A stretch of 64,000 bases of DNA from Eledone cirrhosa (lineage: Eukaryota), in NCBI GenBank assembly GCA_964016885.1, contig OZ024740.1:47244001-47308000 (forward strand), given 5' to 3'. Every line of letters begins with the position of its first letter. The stretch's first letter is position 1. Positions 26,989 to 41,499 of the stretch are shown one piece after another. The translations under genes and the position numbers were made by a program. Below the pieces are notes generated by a model. It was not told the origin of the DNA and did not search any database. It saw nothing but the letters and a program-made list of their open reading frames with translations.

Positions 26989-28800
26989 CATATTGAATCT
27001 TTACTTCAGTATTAAGTTCTCTTTTCTCTCGTCCGTCAACTACACACACGCGCGCCCCCAACCCCCACACAGATATATTTACATATATTAGCCAGTGAAA
27101 GAGGCATTGCCATATTTAAATGTTTTATTTCAGCTTTGTAGAGGGTCAACCATTAAACTATGCGTTTTTCATGAAAGATACGTTCCCTCGCATCTGTTTA
27201 AGTTACCTACCAGTAACTTGTTATGTCTCTCAGTTAGCTTGAGTTTGACAAATACTAGTAAAGATGTTTTGCTGAGTAGGTTTATTAAGACAGAAACATG
27301 CCTGATGCTGTCTATTTACGTGCCAAAGAAAAAATTAATCTTCGTTGAAGGCTCACATTCTATTTTTGATTAATTCTAATTTATTTCAATTTTGGAGATT
27401 TTCCTCTGCTTTTCTTGATCAAATCTAATAACGAAGTTAATGCCTTTTCTTCTCAATACAATTGTTGCAATATTTATTAACATTGGTTGACTCACAGCAT
27501 TAAGTGTGTGATCACCAATAAAGCTACATATAATAACTATAAGAATTATATGATTAAATAATAGTTTCTACTTTTGGCACAAGGCCAGCAATTTTCCCAG
27601 TGCATTACTGTACTTTATTTTATCGACCCCGTAAGGATGAAAGGCAAAGTTAACCTCGGCGGGATTAAGTAATATAATCATATTTTCATTGTGAAGAAAA
27701 GTTTGTGCTTTTTAATAAAACATGGAGTTTTCGTCCGAAAATGTCTACTAATTTGATAACAGCAATATTTGCCTGTAAGTAAAGAAATAAGATATTTATA
27801 TTGTTATATATTTAGAGTGTCATGCTGCCAATAAAAACACATCTTGCAGTTGAATTAGCTACGTTTTCTAAAAGATAGAGTGATCATACAGTGGCTTTTC
27901 GAGCGGCTCGGGTTTGAGTACTTTCCATAGAGTAGTTCGGTGCAGTGAACAATTGTTTCTCCGTGTTAAAGATCTGAGTTCAAATCATCCACTGAGTAGA
28001 GATTCAAGTGAGATGGGATTTATCCTAGATAGTCAACAGAATAAATGTAACCCTATATTTTATTTTGTACTGTTAACTCACTCATGCATTTAAGCATAAT
28101 TGACGAAGTCCTTGTCATATACAATGCTTAAGAAAAATGAACCTGGCAAACCACATCCAACTTCAGCTTCTCAACTATAAATCAGTTCATAATAAGGAAA
28201 ATGTTATCGTTTAAAGAAAATAAACTAGAAATCAGATGGTGGACTCGTTCTACTAAAGGTTCATCTCCACTTTACTCTGTCTGTTAAAAGGAAGTTGTGA
28301 GTTGCCAAAGTTTTGCTATTTATAGTGTAGGCGGTGTTATGGTTTGCAGTGCAGTATTATATAAGCTTGAAGTGTGGCGAAGTGAGTTTCAAAGGGAAAG
28401 AAACAATTATTGGGGCGAGAGGGAGAGAGGGTGGGGTGGAGAAGACGAAATGGGAACAAGAACGAAAGAGGGCATACAAAAGTGAGCAATGGAGAGAAAG
28501 ATATAAAGAGTGAATGTGTGAATGTGTCAGTGTGGGAGGAGGGAAGGTCTAAGAAATGTTTTGAAGAACTATTTAGCGAAAATTGGAAGATGGTTTGGTG
28601 GATAAAGCAGGAGAATAGATCAGTTTATATGAAAAAGAAATGGGTGGTATGAAATGTTACTTAATACCCTGTCAGTGATATGAAAACAGCGATGAATGAC
28701 AATGAAAGAATAAGTGGGAGGGAGATACAGAAGGAGACTCGAAGAAGAAGTATAAAAAGAGAGGGAGTAACAGAAAGTGAAAAATAGAAAGAGATGGAGT

Positions 28801-28807
<7 letters not shown>

Positions 28808-28834
<27 letters not shown>

Positions 28835-28846
28835 AGAAAGAAAGAG

Positions 28847-28921
<75 letters not shown>

Positions 28922-28925
28922 AAAA
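28808..28925. repeat. (GA)n/(GAAA)n microsatellite
   Basis: Seen directly. Confidence 0.97.
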
Positions 28926-29334
28926 CAGTGAAGCAGGGGAATATATAGCGTCAAAGAAGTCTTTGATAGGAGCTTGCAAACGAAGGAAAAAGAATTAACT
29001 GTTATGTCAACAACGCAGACGACTATAATCCTATTCATAATGGCTTCCTTTCATTAACCACAGGATCCTATACTTTAGAAGAGGAAGCAAGAGCTTGTGA
29101 TATTCATGCCTTTCTCAATGTCATAAATATTGTGAAATAGATTCGGTTCATCGACCAGCCTCTACGTAGTTGCCAAACCTCCCACGAAACATACTCAGCC
29201 ATCTTAAATATGGGGTGGGTTCATAAAATGGAGTTCTTCATATGATTACTGGAATGATTTTGATAGTAAATCTGTTTGAGATGATTTGACCTGCGGTTAA
29301 ATAACAGCAACAATAACGAAACAAGAAAGAATAT

Positions 29335-29547
<213 letters not shown>

Positions 29548-30299
29548 TATAGAGGAAAGGGAAAACATTATGAGCCGATTATTTGTGTCAACAAAAGATA
29601 AGGTGAAAATGAAGTGCATATATATATATATATACACATTGAGTTTCGCATTCTGAATACAGCGAGGGGAGAGGGAAGTTCAATCAACCGAGACCATCCA
29701 TTAAATTTAACAGTATTTTAAATCAACCAACTTGCTAAGTGAATGTTTCGCTAAAGCGATCTAAGATGATAGAAACGTGTCTGTTGCTTTCTTTGAGTTG
29801 GACAATATCTACCCACTCTTACTGCAGTGTTTAAAACTGTTTCAAAAGACTGGGATCAGCCCAGGCTATAGGAGTTCTCTCCTTTCTCTGCTTCTCAAGG
29901 TCTATACAGCACTTAAGAGAGTTTCGGGACTGTGACTCCAAAGATTGTCTCAGTTGATAGGAGTTTTATTTATTTTTTTGTCCCAGTCGCTGTATTTAGA
30001 ATGTAACATTCTATTTCTATGTATACAGAGCAAACCCCTCAGACATTTTTACCTGTATTCTTTCTTCACACACATACAAACACGCATAAGTATATAACTT
30101 CACAGGCATACAAACTCATTTTAGTGTAGTAATTCCTTTTATTTAATATAGCTACAAAATGTTTGTTTTCAATACAGAAATAATAAAAAAAGGTGGGAAA
30201 CAAAAGGAAAGAAAGAATAGGGAAATATAGAAAAAAAAAGAGAGAAAGAAAGAAGAAAAAGAACAGGTAGGGGAAGAGATGGCAAGAACTCTGGTGTTG

Positions 30300-30690
30300 C
30301 AGAAGAGAGGGGGAAAGTGATTGGGCTTAGGGCAAGAGGGCAGAAGTGCTGCTCGCTGACAAGACGGCAAAAGCATTCCCCCGGACGATGGCCAGTGACA
30401 CCCGCTGCAACAGCCCCCCCACCCCCACCTCCAGACGGGCCGCCGACGCTCCGATCTTGCGGAGCAGCTCGGCAGTACGGGGTCCAAGTACACCTGAGGT
30501 CTCGACGGCGACCGGTGCGAAGAAGCAGCGGCCGGACAAACCCCGGTATTTGTTTATCTTACGTTCTCCTGTGAGGCGGGCTGCGATGCCGGGGTTTGTG
30601 GCTGAAGCCACTAAGGTGGAGTCGGAGAATGTGTCGCAGCAGGTGGCATCTCAGATGAGGGATCTACCTCCTTCGAATGGGAAGAGGGTG
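30300..30690 (-). mobile_element. CRE-like non-LTR retrotransposon 3' fragment (RLE domain)
   Basis: GRSLI*DATCCDT, ERKINKY, F.PVAVETSG.LG, LQRVSLAIVRGNA. Confidence 0.75.
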
Positions 30691-30723
30691 AGTACAACAT
30701 ACCACAAGGAATAGTCTTTACAT

Positions 30724-32274
30724 CAGGGGTCGGCAACCTTTTGGAGAGAGAGGGCCAAACAGCTATGCAGTGTCATGGAGGAGGGCCATGTTATTAAATA
30801 TGTAAATAAATTTTCTGGAGGTTTAAAGCAAAAAAGGAATTTAATATAATTTTATTTTAACAAGATCCCTTATTTTACTGCAGGAATAACAAAAAAAAAA
30901 AGAAGAAAAAAAACCACAAACACATTCAACAAAAAACAAACAAACAAATTCCTTATTTTACTGCAGGAATAACAGAAAAACAACTACTATCACAATCAAC
31001 AAAAAAAAGCAAATTCCTTACTACAAACGAAATACAGTTAGAAATGGTAAATGATTTATTGAGACACTTGTTTCTGCTTATTGTGCGATAACTTCTCCAC
31101 ATCAGGTGAAATATTTGTCGAGGTCAGGAGCAAAACATCATCCAGGTGGTCGTCACGCAACCTTGTTCTTAAATGACTTTTAGTATATTTCATTTTGGAA
31201 AAAAGTTGTTCACAAGCATATGTACTTCCAAATAATGATATCATCAGTTTCGCATTAGTCAAGATGTTTTTATATTTTCCGCTTGGCAATATATATTTCT
31301 TGTAGAAGCAGACACATTTTCCGAAGTGCTCAATGAAAAAATAGCTAAGTGTTCAGCCATCGTTAAAAGTTCGCACTCCAAATCCACTTTTCTTTTCTTA
31401 GCTTCCATGGGCTTGTTTTTGTTCAAACAAAAAAAGATTTATGGAAAGGAAAAAAGAACAAAAAGTATAATAATCAGAATGAAGAAATAAGAAACAATAA
31501 AAACAAATGTAAATGCAAACACAGTAATGCGATAAAATATGATAATTGTGAATAAATTATATAAAACCAGGTTTCTAACGACGTTGTTAGATCAGGGTTG
31601 CCATTTGTTTTTTTAAACATCATTTGGCCCAATTCTAATAATAATAATTCATACAATTTATCACAAATAATTAAATAAACGTTATTATCGAATAAAGATA
31701 CCTACTGTATAGTTGCTATACCACCAGACAACAAACTCAAACGAAAATACTCTGGGGAGGAGGGAACGAAGTAATTTTTCCAAGGACAGCTTTACCTTGT
31801 GCCGGAAGGGCACAGGTAACGTCAGGCAAACGAAGACGACAATAATTCACGAGTGATTTTATTGAATGACATATATGGGTATAAAAGCGAGTCAAGCGAA
31901 CCATAAGGTAGTATCCCTTCCAGTCGCTGACGAAAATGCATACTTCCAGCCAACATTTGTGTTTGTTGACTGGAACAAAAACACATACATGAAATCACAG
32001 GAAATAATAATACAGGTGATATAATGCTTGGCGGAATGCCCAGGAAAAAGATGGATAAGAGGAAATAATAATAAATGGAAAATATAATTGTTTCTACTTT
32101 TGGCACAAGGCCAACAAACCCAGTACATTACTGGTACTTTATTGTATCGACCCCGTAAGGATGAAAGGCAAAGTTAACCTCGGCGGGATTTGAACTCAGA
32201 CCGTAAAGGGACGTAACTATGCTGGAAAGCATGGCGTCCGACTCTCTACTGATACTGCCAATCCACCGCCCTGG

Positions 32275-32305
<31 letters not shown>

Positions 32306-32511
32306 ATAATAAGGTTACAAAGGTATCTGTAAATATATACGGTATGAGCAGCGATTTGTGATGGGCATCAGGTCAGCACAACCTTGAAGTGAACTACTGT
32401 ATCTGTATTCGATACTAATTAGATAATTAGTGTCCAGTGTAAGATGGCGGGCCGGACAAAAATCACTCAAGGGCCGGATGTGGCCCGCGGGCCGGGGGTT
32501 GCCGTCCCCTG
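30724..32511 (-). mobile_element. Internally deleted hAT (Charlie/SPIN-like) DNA transposon
   Basis: TIRs CAGGGGTCGGCAACC / GGTTGCCGTCCCCTG; 8-bp TSD CTTTACAT at 30716-30723 and 32512-32519; a SINE is nested at 32083-32272. Confidence 0.93.
31056..31408 (-). pseudogene. hAT transposase remnants (N-terminal start adjacent to the C-terminal dimerisation domain)
   Basis: MEAKKRKVDLEC start at 31408; FGSTYACEQLFSKMKYTKS..R.RL.D.HL. Confidence 0.85.
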
Positions 32512-32572
32512 CTTTACATGGTCCTTCCTCTCCTCACTCTCTTTCTATCTCATCTTTTATTTCTCATTCTAA

Positions 32573-32608
32573 CTTCTGATGAAAGACTAGTGTTCAAAAC
32601 GTTAAAAA
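32573..32608 (+). ncRNA. Degenerate minimal HHR (family of 41294 and 56349)
   Basis: CTGATGA-AAGAC(TAGT)GTTC-AAAA-CGTTAA; GAAA is mutated. Confidence 0.5.
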
Positions 32609-32908
32609 TCTTTTCCTACTATATCAAGCGTTAAACTAATATATCTTTGCATTGTGCTCACTTTATTTCACGTTGCTTCAGTTCATTCAGCTGTAGAAAT
32701 GAGTTGCGATCTCACTGGTGCCAAGTTGTTTCGGTCATTGCTTTTCCCTTGGATAATATTGGTGGGATGGCGAGGGGAGGCTGGTATGCATGGACGACTG
32801 CTGGTCTTCCAAAAAAAACAACCTTGCCCGGACTTGTGCCGTGGAGGGAAACTTTCTAGGTGTAGATCCCATGGCCATTCGTGACTGAAGGGCGTCTTTA
32901 CCCTTTAC

Positions 32909-32974
<66 letters not shown>

Positions 32975-34773
32975 AGAGAGAGAGAGAGATAAAGAGAGAG
33001 AGAGGGAGAGACAGAGTATTAAATACATTGAAGGCCATATAAAGTTGTATTTCGCTGAGGTCACAGGAGCAACTGACCTACCTGGCTTTAATAAACATTG
33101 AACAAGAATTTCTCACAGCTGATGTAAAAAGTGAAGTAGTTCAGGTGTTTTGTGACAGGGGGTATCATTTGCGGAAAAGAACTTAATAAAATTTGATTGA
33201 TTTATATTAAAATCGTATAAAGCCTTTATTTCATATTTCATCTGCGTTTATATATTTAAAATGTTTTCCTTTCTCATAATATTTTTCAGTATATTAGGCC
33301 GTATACTTGAGTCTTTGGGGCATACAATCAAGATTTGCCCCGGACATCACCAGAGCTCTGCCCGCCGCTGGTTCAGCCTCAGGTCAGCTCGAATGAAGCA
33401 AACCTAAGATTAAAAATATTCCAGCAGTGAAATTCCGGTTTTTTTCTTGGGAGAAATCTATATTATATAATAAGTGTACTTTTTTTAAGAGGTTAGGGTG
33501 GGATTTCAGAAAAGTTTGGTTGATATTTCTAGCACATCTATAGACCATGCACAATCTCTCTTGTTAGCGGCGGCGGTGTTACTTACCTAGCAGACCTATG
33601 GTCAAAGATGTTCCTATTGTGACCATCCCATCATTTTTCTTTCTCGCCATAGTGTATATATGGCTACAATATATAATGTGCTTTTTAGGGTGTAGTTTAA
33701 CTCCAATCCAGCAAATTACTCATGTTCATTGTTATACTACGGTTTTTTTATCGAGCATTCCAGCCGCAACCATCTTGTCATTTTGCCCCATAACTATAAC
33801 TATAATTTCTAGTGCCTCCTTTACTTAAGATGGCAGAGTATGCGTTGAGAGAAATTTGGCTGCTGTTTCTGGGAACCCTGTCTGTCTATAATTTAACTAT
33901 ATCTGTTGATCTGCTATATGGTGGAGAAAACATGTGATCAGAGGAGACATGTGAGCAAAGTTGTGGGCGAAAACGAATAGAAAGATTAATAGACTCAATT
34001 ACAGTGTTAGAAGTTGTGGGTAGAGAGGTGTCTATAGTGGGAGGAGAATGATAGATGTGTGCAGAGGTTGGGGAGGAAAAGGTTAGCGCGATATTTCAAC
34101 AAGAGAATGGATGCGTTGGGCATATGTCAAAGTGAGAGAGAGGAATAAAAGCACAAGAAAGAGAAAAGAAACAAAATGAACGAAGAATGGAAATTATAAA
34201 GAATGCAGGAAGAGCGAGCGATAGGCAGAACATCAGAGAGAAAGAGAGAGGGGGTGAGAAAGTCGACAGGTTAGAGTGAGAGAAAACGTGTGTGAAAAAA
34301 AAACGACAGTGAAGGCTAGAGACAAGAAGAAAAGATAGTTACGTGGCGAGATAGATATTGAGAGAGAATAGATAAGTGTAGAGAGAAATATATACCGAGA
34401 GCGGGTGACAGGAAAAGCGAGAAAGAGAGAGATTATAAAACAAAGCAAAAACCAAAAGGAAGTGTACAGAAGGCATTAAGTGAGAGCCCATAAACACAAA
34501 AAGAAATAGTGTGTATAATATTCTAGAGGTTTAATAGAATACGAAAAACAAGAGAGAATGTATATAATGTTAAAAGTTACTGAGTAGTGGATGTGGGGAA
34601 CATGTGTGGATGTCTGGGTAAAGATAAGAGAAAAAGTAGTAAGGAAAAGTGTATAGAGACGAATGTATACAGACGAAAACAAAGTGTAGGGCACAATGAT
34701 AGTATAAACAGCAGAAAGATAATTTGCATTTCTCTATTTATCTGGTGCTTTCTCAGTGAGTGATAGTATGTGG

Positions 34774-34811
<38 letters not shown>

Positions 34812-34958
34812 CCACACACTATCACTTTGAGAAAAACCACAGACCCTCCATCTCAACTCTACTTTTGAAAAGCAGAAGAACTGCGAAACCGGTAAAGGAA
34901 CCAAGTAAATATATATATATTTAAAAAAATAAGACTCCAGTTGCATTTTCGATTTTAT

Positions 34959-35022
<64 letters not shown>

Positions 35023-35187
35023 CCACATACTATCACTCACTGAGAAAGCACTAGATAAATAGAGAAATGCAAATTATCTGTCTGCTGTTTATACTATCAT
35101 TGTGTCCTACACTTTGTTTTCGTCTGTATACATTCGTCTCTATACACTTTTCCTTACTACTTTTTCTCTTATATATATTATATATAT

Positions 35188-35262
<75 letters not shown>

Positions 35263-36253
35263 AAAATCCAGTTACTGTAGGTTTACCGGAGTGAGCACTC
35301 GATGCGTAGTTTCCAGTCGGTGTAGATGTGTAGAATTAAGCAGAGTGTAATAATAATAATTGTTTCTACCTTTGGTACAAGGCCAGCAATTATTCCAGTG
35401 CATTACTGGTACTTTATTTTATCGACCCCCGTAAGGATGAAAGGCAAAGTTAACCTCGGCGGGATTTGAACTCAGAATGGCAAGGGCCGTAACTCTATGC
35501 TTGGCGTCCGATCCTCTACCGATACTGCCAATCCACTGCCCTTGTCAATCCATAATAATGGTTTCTTATACAGGCACAAGGCCATCAATTTTGTGGGAGG
35601 GGAAAGTCGATTAAATCGACCCCGTAAGGATGAAAGGCAAAGTTAACCCCGGCGAGATTTGAACTCAAATCATAAAGGGGCGTAACTCTATGCTGCAAAG
35701 CATGGCACCCGAACGATTGGTTGTCTTCATTACGTTTATTGAGTAATGGCGTGCGTTTCGCTATTTATCAGCTCAAGGTTCGATCTGTATCGATCTAGCC
35801 CGACTCTGGAATCAAAAGCTCTCGAGTGCTACTGGTAATATGTAACCCAGTACAACCTGTCTCATGGTCGGCGGCGACTAAACCGGCAACCTCATCAAGC
35901 ATGCTTGGCGAGGAGGGTGATATTTGGACACCCTGCGGGATGAAATACAAGACCCGGCAAAGGGCGGAGAAACTCAGCAGAGCCAACGGTCATATAGTAT
36001 TTTTTTTTTTTATATGGAGAGGTTAAACTCCGAGGCATAAAAAGCTGAGAGCTGTCGTATTTTCCGTGGCAAACATTTGCACCGAAGATATGTGTCGTCA
36101 GTTCTAAAAAGTGTGGTTGGTCCTACACAAGCCTTCACCACTTAAAACAAAACTTTGTGTGGGTAGTTCAGCATCAGTTCACTTTCTAATATTTAACTTT
36201 TGTTGGACACTCATACGTCGGATATCGACGGGAGAGTCCATCATCATATATAT

Positions 36254-36285
<32 letters not shown>

Positions 36286-36294
36286 GTGTGTGTG

Positions 36295-36329
<35 letters not shown>

Positions 36330-37863
36330 GCACACACACACACAAACATCCACCCACACCCACACACACACACCCATACACACACACATATATATATATA
36401 TAAATATATATGTATGTTTTCATAATGTTTATTAAAATTTAGTTTCGGCATACTTGTATACATAGATGTTTGTGAATTTCGTAAATCTAAAGATATACGG
36501 TATGTTTAAAAAATATACATTTTGAAAGTCCAGCTATGAATATTGAAAAGCTGACGGCCAGCGCCATCTAGCGAATTCCATTTGAATAACTACGAGCTTG
36601 TTACATTAATGCATTGCGGGAAATAATATTTTGTTTTCATGTAGTTTTACATTGAGTAAAACTATTAATTTCAGCATTAGTTTTATCATAATATTCAAGC
36701 AAACCTGCGTTTGAAAATGTTTAGCTGTGAATTTTAATCATTCAATGACTTTATGTAGCCACTGGTCTACCGTCTCATACACACATTCCCTTCTCCAACG
36801 TGTTGCAAGGCAGTCGTTTGGAATGTATTCACTTAACACAGGCTGATAAACATGGGTGAGTTCAATCCAAACACTGAGTTTCTGGCGAAACAATCTCTCT
36901 GAGTTTGTACGTGTGTGATATATAGTTATAAAGGTAGGTTCCTTCATTTTAATTTATATTTTTAATTATAATGTATCTGCCTGACCTTTCTTAGTTTATT
37001 GGTTCCATACGCTAGTGGTTTCCCTGTAACTTGATAAACACACGCTTTCTCTGGTGCGTTTTCTTCTCTATATTATATTTGAAGAGCCTAGGATTCTCTA
37101 TCCTTTGAGCTCATGAATTACAGGCACTAACGCGAGTTTCTGACTCCGTTACTTCATTTGATATATATATATATATATATATATTTGTGTGTGTGTGTGT
37201 ATGTGTGTGTGTGTATGTGTGTGTAGATATATACATGTGTATGTGTGTGTGCGTGTGTGTATGTGACGCGCGCGTGTGTGTGTGTGCGTGTGCGTGTGTA
37301 AACGGAGACAAAGAGCGTATACGAAAACAATGGCGAGAACATAACCAAGCCGACAATTGTAGGAACGAAAAAGCAGAGATAGGTCACTATAAAAATTGAA
37401 ATTAGCTGAAACACGAGTGTCAAAATGCTTTCAATGTTTTCAGTATTTAACTTTGTCTTTTATCCTTCCAGTACAGGCGTCCATTTAATTGACTAAACCT
37501 TCCCCTCAAATGCATATGCTAGAAACATTTTATTATAAATATTCATTATAAAAATTATATATCCCGCCCCTAAAACGATAAGTATATATTAAAACTATAC
37601 ATGACATGTACATATTAAATGTACATGACACATATCCTGGTGGCAGTCCAAGTACTATCATATATATTTTAATGGAAGGGGTAGTGTTAATTAAATTGGC
37701 ACTCACAATACACAAACACATATATAAACACACCCACAAGCTCCCACGTACACATACACACCCACATCCACACACACATACAGACATACAAGCGTAAATG
37801 CACAAACACACACACACACACACACACACTCACATATATATATATATATTTGTATGTTTTACA

Positions 37864-37902
<39 letters not shown>

Positions 37903-37923
37903 TTGTATGTATATATATTTGAG

Positions 37924-37976
<53 letters not shown>

Positions 37977-38579
37977 ATGTGTGTATCTATGTATGTGAGT
38001 ATGTACCTATGTATATATATATATATGCGTGCGCGTGTGTGTATGTTTATATACATATGAGAGTGTGCGGGAGTGGAGGGTGTATGTATGTACATATATA
38101 TGTATGGATGTATGTATGGATGTATGTATGGATGTATGTGTGCATAGGAAATGGTAGCCTCTAAGTGGATCCGTGCAAGTAAAGAACCGCAGTCTGAATA
38201 CAGCCAATGGGAGCGTCAATTCTTTGAGACTTTGGTCGCCATTAATCCCAATTGATTGGTGGTTTTCACACTGGCGTCATTCAGAATGCGAGCCCCTATT
38301 TGTATGTATATACTTTATGCAGGCGGATCTCATCAGGCGTTTTCCTGACTAACCATTGATGATGCAACCCTCACACACACATTAACGCATGCACAAACAC
38401 ACACAGACATATCCGTGTTGTATTAATAGCCACTACAATGGGTACTCACCTTACCATACCATACTAGAGATTAATAGTTTTATTAAGATCGAGTCGGTGG
38501 TCTGTTACTTTGTTATTATGAATGTGTGCTTATAATACATACATGCATACAGACACACAAAGAGAGACACACAGACACA

Positions 38580-38691
<112 letters not shown>

Positions 38692-38829
38692 TGTGAGAAA
38701 AACCACAGACCCTCCATCTCAACTCTACTTTTGAAAAGCAGAAGAACTGCGAAACCGGTAAAGGAACCAAATAAATATATATTAAAAAAAAAAAAAAACT
38801 CCAGTTGCATTTTCGATTTCATCTTTTTT

Positions 38830-38927
<98 letters not shown>

Positions 38928-39784
38928 ATTTATATATATATATATTTATATATATATATATATATATAATGGAAAAATTTGAACAGGAACAAAACAGAGA
39001 GGCAGTACAACGAATGTTTATTAATTTCACGCTCTGGAGAGTGGGGTGGTGGTGGGGAACGACGTTTTGGACATAAGCCCTTCCTCAGGTGAGAAGTGTG
39101 TGGGAACAGAATTCAAAGGGTGTGTAGGGGAGTGGTGGACAGACATAGCGAAAGGAAACGGTGCGAATGAAATTAAAAATAAAAATAAAAATAAAGCATT
39201 ATCAAAATAAAAGGAATGAAATAAAAATAAATATAAAAGCATGATCAAAATAAACTGAAATTAAAAAGGCGTAAAACGGGTGGTGGAAGGGTGTGGGGTG
39301 TGTAGGGGTGGTGGCGGGTGGAGTGGGGAGAGGGAGACGGGGTGTCCGAGCGGGGAGGGCTGAAGGTGGTGTGTGTGTGTAGGTGTACGTGTGTGTGTGT
39401 ATGTGAAAGTAAGGGTTGGGGGAAGAACGGGGTTGCATGTTCAGGAAGAGGTGTGTGTGGGGGGGGGGGTTGTAGGTCGGAGTGTCTGTGCGTGTGTGGA
39501 TAGAGGGGTGGGGGGAGAGGAATCAGGAGGCTGAGGGTGTAAATATGTGGTGGAAAGCACGTGTGTGTGGTGTTTAAGCGTGTTGTGGGTGTAGGTGGCG
39601 TGTGGGAGAAAAAACATTTTTTTTGGGGGGTGTGTGTGTGGGTGAGTTATATAGGTGATTCCGTAAGAGGATGGTTGAAATGTTGGTAAATTCCTATGAA
39701 GTTAGTAGATTCCGTGGTGGTCAAGTTCCACATACGAGTATTCCATGAAGAGATGGTCGGATATATATATATATATATATATAT

Positions 39785-39990
39785 AGGAACGAGTAGGACC
39801 CCGACGGCTGAGCTCAAGCCATTTCGCCGGCTAATTCTGGACTAAAATTTTAGTCCAGAATTACCCGTCGAAACGGCTAGATCTCAGCCGTCGGGGTCCT
39901 ACTCTTTCCTATTACCCACTCTACTACCCTAGGTATTGAGTACTTTGGTGCGTTATGGTCCACCTGGTTCCTTACCACATTTCCTTCGTT
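39785..39990 (+). mobile_element. Fold-back half-HHR element (family of 51881-52089)
   Basis: Hairpin centred on GGACTAAAATTTTAGTCC; flanked by TA. Confidence 0.8.
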
Positions 39991-39993
39991 ATA

Positions 39994-40042
<49 letters not shown>

Positions 40043-40055
40043 TGTATACATATAA

Positions 40056-40250
40056 GTAATAACACAACAGTTAGTTCACCATACCGAAAACAATTGTTTC
40101 ACCTTATGCGGATCTTCAGCAGTCCGAGCTGAAGATCCGCATAAGGTGAAACAATTGTTCTCGGTATGGTGAACTAACTGTTGTGCTATTACTTCTACCA
40201 AACTCGTCCCAGTGCTCTACCACTACGGATATTACCTTCCAGTGTCCTAT
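40056..40250 (+). mobile_element. Short fold-back element with a complete HHR at 40124-40164
   Basis: CCGAG-CTGAAGA-TCC(GCATAA)GGT-GAAA-CAATTG-TT-CTCGG; inverted arms 40056-40120 / 40128-40192. Confidence 0.8.
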
Positions 40251-40258
40251 CTCTCTAC

Positions 40259-40319
<61 letters not shown>

Positions 40320-40320
<1 letters not shown>

Positions 40321-41180
40321 CAGTATGTTATTTAAAGGTTACAACAATGCAAAATGGAAAATGGACGGTAAATTTCGGAATAAAGATGGTGTTGCCTCAC
40401 TTATTTTATTCACCTGTTCTAATATTTCGGGTCCAAAATCCTTCGTCAGAAGATTATAATAAGTAAAAGCAAGAGTTCGTATATAGTTGTTGTTATCGGT
40501 CCACCAATTTTCTTCCTTTGTTCGTAAACTGCCGGAAGTGACGTCGTCTGAGGACTGACGTGTAAAATGTTATTTGTGTGTATGTGTGTGTGTTTCTGTC
40601 AAGTGTTATGTACTTTTGTTTATATTTTTACATCGATTTCTTTATGCAAATACTATGTCAAGCTGCATTAGATTGGATAGTTTAGCTTTTCTGGATTAAG
40701 TTATGTGTTTGGACGTGTGTATGCGTGCGTGTATATGTCGAATGTTGTGTGAATATTTGTAATTGCCTTTAGAGTTACCTATTATGGGTGTATGCGCTAT
40801 TATGTCAGAGGTTACGTGTGTGCGCTTTTATGATAAATATTGCGTGTTGAGTTCTAACCTGTTGTTGAAATGTGGGTTTAGTCGAGCTATTAATATTTCT
40901 TCTTTGATTCTTAGGCAGCCCAAGTTACTCTCCCTGGCTTCAATAGTACCTGTTATGTTTTTTGTTGTTTTTTCATTTGTCTAAGTGTTTCTTGAAGAAA
41001 GATGCGTGTGTATTGAAATGTACTTTAATGCGGGGGTGTAGAGGTCTAATGGTACTACCGATGTAAAAGTCGCTGCCTTTGCTGCATTGAATGCGGTATG
41101 TTATGTATGTTTGTTGGCACGTGCCTGTGTCACGAATAGGCAGTTTACCAGTGTGCATTGGCTGTTATTGTCCCTGGGTC
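40320..41180 (-). mobile_element. Degraded Penelope-like element 3' end (GIY-YIG remnant plus pLTR, HHR at 40417-40453)
   Basis: ITYRIQC..C-like..FYIGSTIRPLH.RI..H; downstream on the same strand CTGACGA-AGG..CCC-GAAA-TATT. Confidence 0.75.
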
Positions 41181-41293
41181 GTTATATATATAGAGAGAGA
41201 GATGGCAACATGAATGGACCTGTTGTTTTTCTCTAAAAACATTTTTTCCGATTGCCCCACCCGCCCTTTTAATCTTTCTAATTTCTCAGTCTT

Positions 41294-41329
41294 TCTTCTG
41301 ATGAAGGACTAGCGTCCGAAACGTTAAGA
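41294..41329 (+). ncRNA. Minimal hammerhead ribozyme
   Basis: TCTT-CTGATGA-A-GGAC(TAGC)GTCC-GAAA-CGTT-AAGA. Confidence 0.8.
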
Positions 41330-41407
41330 CCCTCTTCTTGATATTTCAAACGTTAACCTACTATATTCCTTCCATAAACTGTACCGATTGTGTTATTTCT
41401 GTTTACC

Positions 41408-41499
<92 letters not shown>

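Noticed and set aside
36050-36930. Possible mariner-type remnants
   Set aside because: No paired TIRs or transposase motifs could be confirmed.
37070-37430. Possible split HHR (TTGAAGAGC ... GCTGAAACACGAGTGTC)
   Set aside because: The halves are ~330 nt apart across a microsatellite, with too little pairing to support a call.
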